DNA of 64,000 nucleotides, taken from the NCBI GenBank assembly GCA_013239625.1, contig MU053881.1:2790001-2854000 (forward strand), written 5' to 3'. Shown piece after piece: positions 53,661-64,000 of the stretch. The notes under the pieces were generated by a model. That model worked only from the letters and a program-made list of their open reading frames with translations. It made no database searches and had not been told where the DNA came from. The DNA is from Lama guanicoe (Eukaryota). The first letter of the stretch is position 1, and every line of letters begins with the position of its first letter. The translations under genes and the position numbers were made by a program.

Positions 53661-54239
53661 CTAAATACTGTCAAGGGACGCTCATGAGTCAGTAAGTGTG
53701 TCCGTATCTAAAAGAGAGGCTTTTGCGAGACAGCAGGCAGTCTAGGTCATTACAAATCAGGGCGAACAGGGCAATCCCAGAGCTTGAAAAGTCGGTCTCC
53801 TCCTCTCACCGAACCCGTCAGTCTCAGGATAAACCTGAAACTGGATATCTGAACAGAGAGACAGGAAAATGACTCTGCCAAGGTGCTAGATCAATAAACA
53901 TCATGTCTGCTCCACTGCTGAACTTCTAGTAATATGAGCTGATGCATATCCATATTAAGCAAGTCTGAGCCAGGTTTCCTGTTAGAGGTGAAATGATCCT
54001 CACTGTTGGAGCCCAACTGACGCAGGTAAAGAGCACGGGCTTTCTTCATTTACTTTTGTTTGTTTGAAACTCAGCCCCATCCCTTATTTAACTTACGCCT
54101 TCTGAATCCCAGTGTCCTTGTGATTTGCGTGAGGATAACTCTAACCTTACCAAAGCCAGTGTAAGTGTCTGTCACATAGCTGGCAGGCATGCAGATTTGT
54201 TGTTTTCCCTTTACTGATAAGGAAAGACTTTCTTCTGTC

Positions 54240-56590
54240 CTTATGCTGTTTGTTTTCTAACTGCCTTACAGTTTTTTTGGTCCCTCATTTCCTGCACTAC
54301 TGTCTTTCGTCTTCAGTTGATTTTTTGTAGTGAAATGTTTACATTTCTTTCTCACTTCCTTTTGTATACATTCTATCAGCTGTTGTCTTTGTGGTTACCC
54401 TGGGGATTATGTTAAACATTCTAAAATTATAATACTCTATTTTGAATTTATACTAGCTTAACCTCAATGACATACAAAAACTCTGCTCCTTTACAGCTCT
54501 GTCCCCACCTCTTTTGGTTATTGATATCACACTATATCTTCATACATTGTGTGCCCCCAAATAAACTAATAATTCTTTCAAATACATTAGTCTCTTAAAT
54601 TATGCAGAAAACAAAATGTGGATTTACAAAGTTACAATAATACTAGCTTTGAGATTAGGAACTAAAAACAGATTAATTACTTAAATTATACAGAAAATCA
54701 ATGTAGAGGTGTGGACCATTATTACAATAATAGCTTTTATAATTGCATTTATCTTTACTGACATCTTTATTTCTTCATTTAGCTTCAAGTTACCGCTCAG
54801 TGTTTTATCTTACCCTGCAGGACTCTCTTTAGCATTTCTTGCTGTGCAGGGCTAGTGGTAACGAACTCCCTCAATTTATCTGGGAATGCCTTTATTTCTC
54901 CCTCATTTTTGAAGGACAGTTTTGGTGGATACAAGAATCTTGGCTGAGTTTTATTCTTTGGTACTTTGAAACCAAATATCAGCCCTAGTACATTCTGGCC
55001 TCCAGGTTCCGATGAGAAATCTGCTGATAATCGTATTGAGGATCTTATACGTGATGTGTCATTTCTCTCCTGTTGCTCTCCCTCAGTTTTGAAAGACAGT
55101 TTTGCCAGATACAATATTCTTGGTTGACAGTTTTTTTCTTTCAGAACTTTGAAGACATCATCCCATTGCCTTCTGACCTGAAGCCTTTTGCTGAGAATAC
55201 GCTGATAGTCTTATGCAAACTCACTTATATATGATAAGTCACTTTTTTTCTTGCTGCTTTCAAGAAAAAGTCTGTGACTTTTGACAGCTTGACCATAACA
55301 TATATTGGTATGGATCTTTTTGGTTTATCCTCATTGGAAATGACCTTCCTGAATTTGTATGTCCATTTCTTTCCTCATATTTGGGAAGTTTTGGGGTTAT
55401 TTCTTCAAATAAGCTTTCTACCCCCTTTCTTCCCTTTCTGGGACTCCCACAACGTGTTTATGGTCTGTTTAGTGGTGTTCCACAGTTCCTTAGGCACTCT
55501 TCAATTTTCTTTACCGTTTTCTTTTTGCTCCTTTGTCTTAATGATTTCAAATGACCTTTTCATGTTCAGTGATTTTTTTTCTCCTCCCCGATCAAGACTG
55601 CTGTTGAACCCCTCTAGTGACTTTCTCAGTTCAGTTACTGTAATTTTCAGCTCCAGAATGTGTGTGTTTTCTATACTTTGTTTAATATTTTCATATCGTT
55701 CATGCATCATTTTCCTGCTTCAGTTTGTTGTCTATCTGTATTCTCTTTTAGCTCCTTGAGCATCTTTAAGATAGTTTAAAAAAATTCTTTGTCAGGAAGT
55801 TGAGAGATTCATGTTTCTTTAGAGTTAGTTTCTGGAGCTTTATTTCATTTCTTTGATTGGGCCACATTTCCTTGTTTCTTTGTAAACCCTGTAATCTTCT
55901 TTTGAGACTCAAACATTTGAAAAAAGCAACCATCTTTCCCAGTCTTCATCCACTGAGTTCATGCATGGCAAGACCTTCATCACTCAGCCTGGCTAGAGGT
56001 TCTGGGACTTCTCAGACTTTTTCTGGGGATGTATTTTCTCTGAGGTGGTGTGTGTGCTTTTATCCGCCTTAATTTCCCAAGTGGCTTGCCCCTATTTCTT
56101 CTTAAGAGCCCACAGTCTCTTGCTCCTTCAGAGACCTGTTTGTGGAACTGTATACTCTTTGCAGCTATAAATGTTGCAGTGCTCACCTCTCTTCTCAGCT
56201 GGAAAATGATGCCACTGTTCCCAACGGTGCTCTGAGTCAGGTGAGACAGAAACCATTTCCCTAATGAGCCAGAACACCGGACTTGACATCTACTTTTTTG
56301 TTTCCACCCCAAGGGAGAAGCCAGGCTATGGGAGGTTTCCTCCCAGTTTCACTGTGCTGTGCTGGGTTGGGGGAGGGGGCATGGGCACACAAAATACCAC
56401 AGACTTTCCTAGTCCTTTCAGGAGAGCACCTTCTTGGTTATGCATTGGCCTGGGTACTGCAACTTCTCAGCTGGTCTCTATAGAATAGTTTTCACAAAGG
56501 TATTCTGGTCCATACATTGTTGTTAACTTGGTGTCTCCATTGGGGAACAAGGGCCTGGAGCTTCCTTGTCTACCATCTAGGTGGTGTTTC
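54240..56590 (-). mobile_element. Old L1 5' portion (5' UTR/ORF1), antisense to + strand
   Basis: ORF 54797-55114 (IRLSADFS...QPRFLYPPKLSFKNEGEIKAFPDKLREFVTTSPAQQEMLK) is a degenerate L1 ORF1p C-terminus; 55501-55710 (ELKITVTELRKSLEGFNS) is ORF1p coiled-coil-like. Confidence 0.85.
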
Positions 56591-57639
56591 CCAGATCATC
56601 CTTTCTGAAAGCCCTGTGTTATTTTGCTCTAATCTGGAATGACTGCCCTCTAAGTCTATTATTTGTGGTAATCTCAGGACTTCTCTTTCTTACTCTTCTG
56701 GATTAGATCCAGTGTTCTCTGGATCCTGTGCCTCCCGCTCTTTTGATTATTCCCCTATTTTCTGGATGCACATCTTCAAGTAATCTATGAAATGGTGTGT
56801 GTGGATACTTCTTCAAGTTCATACATGTCTGGAGATGTCTTTATTCTGCCGTCACAGTTGACTAGTAGTTTGGCTGAGTATAGAATTCTAAGCTGACAGT
56901 AATTTGCTCCATCCAAGTGCTTTTGGGTGAGCAGACAGGAAGCTGGCAATTAACTTGAGGGATCCCTAAAGGTCAGAATGCAGAAGATATTTTTTTCTGG
57001 TGCACCAGCTCTACACTAGCTGCCTTCATTTAAGACAGGTGGTTCATTCAATTTCTTTAGACAATGAATCCTCTGTTCTTTTTGCCTGAAGGGTATGTAA
57101 CCTGGCAACTAATTTTTCTGTATTCAAAAATGGAGAGGCTGTCAGTTCCACCTACAAGATATTAACAAATTTACAGCTCATATCCTACTCCAATCTTCTT
57201 ATATATTGTGTTTCTGAGTCCAAAACTTCTCTGCTCTGAAGGGTGGACTCCCTCCCTCTTTGGCTACAGCCCTTCCTCATGTAGTCTAGCCTGTAGCTTT
57301 CTCTGTCTACCTTCATCAATCATCACTCTTACATTTCCTTTAGCTCTTCCAATCATCATTCAAACCTATTGTCTTTCCGCTTATTTTCATTGCCATAGGC
57401 TTACAACTTTCTCTGTTTATTTACTGTTATTATAAATGGGGTCTCAAGAAGGAGAGGGATAAATGAGTGTATTCAATCTTGAGTTGGAAGACAGCACATA
57501 CCTTTTCAATAGGAATTTTTTGGTGGGCAGGGGAGTTAAAGGAAGGAATAATGGTGAAGACTTTACTATCAGATTTACTGTCACTTTTGTTTCTAGTTAA
57601 AACTTCCTCTGCACAAGATTTACAAGATTGTAGTTGTTA

Positions 57640-57732
<93 letters not shown>

Positions 57733-58478
57733 TCAATTAGAATTCTGGTGGGGTTAGTGGAAACAGGGGTGATATCTGGAAGATGATAGAAGCAAGAAGC
57801 CCCCTCTCACCCTCAGTGCTCTTGCCCGCCCTTTGGTATGATACCATTTCATCTGAGGGTAGTTGAACTTCACTCTTTTTTGCTACTCAGCATCCATTCT
57901 CTTTTGAGAGGCATTAGTGCCCCAATTTTGCCTTAAAGAAATCAACTCTCTATTATTCTTAGCCCATTGGCTTTACCTACTAGGACCGGGATGAAGCCTG
58001 TGAAGCATGTTGAGCTAATCATGAGATTCTACCCCTCAGTTCACAATGACTGGCCCAAAGATGCACCCATGTCTTATGTTATGCCAATTAAAGTCTACAA
58101 GACTCAATCTGAGAACTCTTGTGTGATTATAAAGGAAGTGGACTCCCTCTTGTACTAAGAGTGTCATAAAAGCTGGAGGCTGAAAAGGCTACCATATGAA
58201 TCCTAAAAACAGAAGCAAAATAGAGCTGAAAACTGGATCCTGATAACCATTTTTGAACTGAATTAAGTCACATATTATTCCTAGGTTTCTAGTTTCATGA
58301 ATCATTAAATTCTCTTTTACCAGCTGTTAAAGCCAGTTTGGATTGAGTTTCCTGTCACTTGCAATCCAAATGATACTAATATACTAAGTCACCCTCTCTA
58401 ATGGTTAGCTGAATAAAGCTTAGGCAGGAGAAAGCTGTGCTCTGAGTCCAAGTTCCCTAGAAGATATGCTAACAGCTA

Positions 58479-58757
<279 letters not shown>

Positions 58758-60384
58758 CTATAGACATAAAATTAAGAGATTCTGAAACAAGTTGAAGACA
58801 GCAAAGTTTTTCATGTACCTTAAATATTCATAATTTTAAAAATAGAGACTGGAAAGCCTTGTCTAAAAAACTTCTAATGACATGGGAAAATGCTGATATT
58901 AAGTTAAAAAATGAGAATTCAAAATTCTACATATAACATGATTTCATCCGTGTTAAAATACAGCATAAGAAGGAAAGTACAAAAGAGTCAAGAGCTGGTC
59001 GAAGTTGACTCTGGAGTGAGAGCGATGAGATAGTTAGGGGTAGTTATGCTACAATATCAAATACTGAAACAGAGAGATGAATAGAGAGATTTTAAATACG
59101 TTTTATTGCTAGAAGAATTCTGTCCTGATTTTTTTGAGTCAATAGTATATACTAGGTTGCTTCAACGCCTACCCCCATCCCTACCCCCAAACACTATGTT
59201 TATAAAGACTGAGAGAGAATATGTGAAAAGTGGTTTTCTATCATCTGGGTGGTGAAATGATGGATGATTTTCCTCTACACGTTCTTTAGTATTTTTCAGT
59301 GTTTCTGTAATAGACACATGTTACCTTCATAATTAGAAGAAAAACATTAAAAGGTTTGATATGGGAATATTATAACAACAATAATGATAACAACAATAAT
59401 TTTTGAATATTTAACTTGTCCTCACTTAATTCTCATAATAACTCTAAGAGATACATGCTAATACATAATAATAGTAATAACTATTCCTACTTCACAGATA
59501 AGGAAACTGAAGCTTAGAGAGTAAGCATTTGTCACGCAACAGATGGCAGAAGCTGGTTTCATACATTGGTGGTTTAGCTCCAGAGCTACCCTCTAAACTC
59601 ATACACACTCTTTATAAACAACAAAAAAACTAACAGAAAAATACTTTTGTTAAAAATCTCAATTGTTAAAAAATTTTAAGTGCCTACATATAAAAAGGCA
59701 ACCGGGAAGGAAATATACCTAGTTATTAACAATCGTAAATGCTGACTGATTGCACCACGGGTAATTATTTTTTAATATTTTATATTAAAAATGTCTTATA
59801 CTAAGCAAGCATTATTTTTAAAATCTGAGAATAAGTATTCATTTTAAAACACCAACCAAAGTTTTGACAGTTTATATGTAATAGTAGAACAGTGTTGGTT
59901 GGAAGTGCCTTCCCAGGAAATTTGGAGGAGAGAAGTCCAGTTAGCTTTCTTGTGTCTCAAATCACCTGACGGTAACCCTGATCTCACTGACGAGAGACCA
60001 GTGCTGTGAATGGCATGTAATGAGAATTAGGAGCAAGAGAAGACAGTAGAACAAAAATCTCGCTTTGGTAGCTGCCCTACATGCATTGCACTTTATGACC
60101 TTTAAAGTGTATTATCACTACTTACCTACAAATGGAGATCTCTATAAATGAAGTTTATAAATTGTTTTGATGCCCCTATCCTTAAGGGGAACTAATACTT
60201 ACAGAGTACTTCGATAGCCCTGAAAGGTGGCTTTGTACTTTTATTATATGTTTACCTTTAAGCCAAACAACACTATGATACGGGCATTATGACTTACTTT
60301 AGTGCGAAACAAAAAGAGACTCAGAAGAGTTAAGGTCAATAGCTGGTAAGTGGCAGCATGGAGACTGGCTAAGAAGTTTTGGGG

Positions 60385-60769
60385 GGGATTTACTGTGTAG
60401 CACAGGGAATTATATTTAAATCTTGTAATAACCTATAATGGAATATAATCTGAAAAAGATAACTGAAACACTTTGCGGTATGCCTGAAATAACAGAACAT
60501 TGTAAATCAACTATATGTCAATAAAAATATTGTTATAGCTGTCTTAGTGGATGTAAAGTGATATCCCATTGTGATTTTGATTTGCATTTCTCTAATGACT
60601 AATGATACTAAGCAACTTTGGAGAAATGTTTATTCAAATCCTTTGCCCATTACTAATATAACACTGTAAATCAACTATATTTCATTAAAAATAATGTAAA
60701 ACTGACCAAAACCCCTAATAAATTTGACTAGAAGAGAAAATAAAGTACATCATGCTTTAAAAAAAAAAA
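60385..60769 (+). mobile_element. Short L1 3' end followed by additional sequence and a second poly-A (candidate 3' transduction)
   Basis: L1 tail 60390-60528; extra 230 bp; AATAAA 60739-60744; A11 at 60759-60769; imperfect TSD at 60371-60384 / 60765-60778. Confidence 0.65.
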
Positions 60770-61447
60770 GTTCTGGGGAAAAATGACTTAGTGAAGTACT
60801 TATAAAAAGCCCCCCCAAAAAAGCAGAGAAGATGGAAAAGAATTACAGATGTATTCTAGATGGCTGAGGTTCTTGAAGAAGGTAAGAAACAAAGAAGAAT
60901 TCAGTCTGTGTGGCCTAACTGCCACCCTGTGATCTGAGTTATGGGTACACAGAAGGTGGTGGATCTGTGCCTACGGACGGCTTCACTACAGCTTTGACTA
61001 GGGAAACACCAACTTTCTGAAGGCCCTCACGTGCTCTTGATCATGGAAATGATGTATTGACCAACCTGAAGCAAACCCACAGGAAGAAAGAGATTGAGCC
61101 TGTGGCTGAGGAGAGCTATGCAAAAGGAGAAGACATAAGATACAGGAGAAGACAGAACAACTAAAATGAGAGGAAAAACAAATCACTCTCCAAAGCCAAA
61201 TCAGTGTGAATGCCTGACATGTGCTAAGCTGGATCACTGACTGCTCCAAGAGGAGAATGTACCTTTTGAATTCTTCGAACTACTTCAAGCCATTCTTAAT
61301 GTTGGGAATGCGGCAACCTATAATGAAAAAAGCTTCATGTTGGGGGACAGAGCCACAGATTTTTTTTTCTTATGCGTCTGGTTTTGTTCCTATAGATCAA
61401 TGAAGACCAATCGGAAGGCGCATGCCCACTAAAATCTTAAAATTGAG

Positions 61448-62171
61448 TTGGAGAGGGTGTGGAGAAAAGGGAATTCCACACCGTTGGTGGGAATGTAAAC
61501 TGGTGCAGCCACTGTGGAAAACAGTATGGAGGTTCCTTAAAAAACTGAAAGTAGAGCTACCATATCCAGCAATCCCACGCCTGGGCATGTACCTGTTGAA
61601 AACTCTAATTTGAAAAGATACCTGCACCCCAATGTTCACAGCAGCACTATTTACAGTACCCAAGACATGGAAACAACCCAAATGCCCATCAGCAGACAAC
61701 TGGTTTAAGATGACGTGGCATATATATATACATCACTCAACCATAAAAAAGAATGAAACATTGCCATTTGCAGCAACATGGATGGACCTACGGAGCCATA
61801 CTAAGTAAAGTAAGTCAGACAAAGACAAATATTACATGACATCAATTATATGTGGAAACTAAAAAAATTAATACAAATGAATCTGTATACAAAACAGAAA
61901 TAGACTCATAGACACAGAAAACAAACTTACGGTTACCAAAGGGGAAGGAAGGAGGGAGGGTTAATTAGCAGTATGGGATGAACACATACAAACTACTATA
62001 CATAAAACAGATCAGCAGTAAGGATTGACTGTACACCAGAGGGAACAATATTTAATATCTTGTACCAACTTATAGTGGAAAATAATCTGAAAAAATACAT
62101 AACTGGATCACTTTGCTGTACACCTGAAACTAACACAATACTGTAAAATCAACTATATTTGAATTAAAATA
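61448..62171 (+). mobile_element. 5'-truncated L1 (ORF2 C-terminus + 3' UTR) with perfect 17-bp TSD
   Basis: [39 protein letters not shown] is L1 ORF2p C-terminal sequence; TSD aaaatcttaaaattgag at 61431-61447 and 62172-62188. Confidence 0.93.
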
Positions 62172-62642
62172 AAAATCTTAAAATTGAGCTTCCTCCCCCA
62201 AAGTTAGAGAGTAATAATTTTGAAGGCACTGAAGTGTCATGAGCATAATCATCTCTGTGATGCAGGCGCTGTAGTGAGGGCATCGGGGATGGACAGGCAC
62301 AGGAACAGAAGAGAAGCATCTGACGAAGGCCTGTGGTGAGCCGGACACTCTAACAGGCGCTCTACATGTTATCTCATTAATGATGCTGCGAGATCTATTC
62401 TCACTTCCACTTTACAGACAGAAAGGAAACCTTAGGTTCAGAAAGGTCAAGTGACTTCTCCAGCACCAGTTTTTCAGTGCACGTCTGAAACTTGAACCCA
62501 GATCTGACTCTGCACTGAGCGGTGCCGTAAGTGGGGGAAAGATAAAAATGTCAAACTCACGCTGGGCCTGTCCTCGCCTGCACGGACTCCTTACAGCACA
62601 GTAACCTTATGCTAGGCCTCTGGTGAGGGCGCCTAATCCCTA

Positions 62643-64000
<1,358 letters not shown>

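Noticed and set aside
54797..55759. ORFs as an intact L1 ORF1 or domesticated gene
   Set aside because: Fragmented, frameshifted and partly rearranged L1 ORF1 remnants; the 161-aa plus-strand ORF is the T-rich antisense of L1.

Overview
Mammalian genomic DNA, most likely a camelid (three Vic-1-like tRNA-derived SINEs), syntenic with the human 5q35.2 ARL10-KIAA1191-SIMC1 cluster. Genes were recognised by eye from recalled human proteins; no database search was run. ARL10 (- strand, 4 coding exons, 244 aa) hosts the L2-derived MIR1271 hairpin in intron 2. KIAA1191 (+ strand, 7 coding exons, 305 aa, plus two candidate 5' UTR exons) lies head-to-head with ARL10, each gene with its own CpG-island promoter. 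SIMC1 (- strand, last 9 coding exons, 5' end beyond the window) converges tail-to-tail on KIAA1191. All exon junctions are GT-AG and phase-consistent. Introns are filled with L1, L2, MIR, LTR and hAT remnants. I see no evidence of a wholly new gene system. The most notable observations are: (1) a strongly expanded, higher-order 21-nt/heptad coding minisatellite in SIMC1; (2) a near-perfect 1303-bp tandem duplication that may be an assembly artefact; (3) a 64-bp local templated copy of an intronic segment 9.8 kb away; (4) a likely L1 3' transduction; (5) matching ZNF143 plus CGCG-type motifs in both promoters; (6) overlapping uORFs in the KIAA1191 leader.
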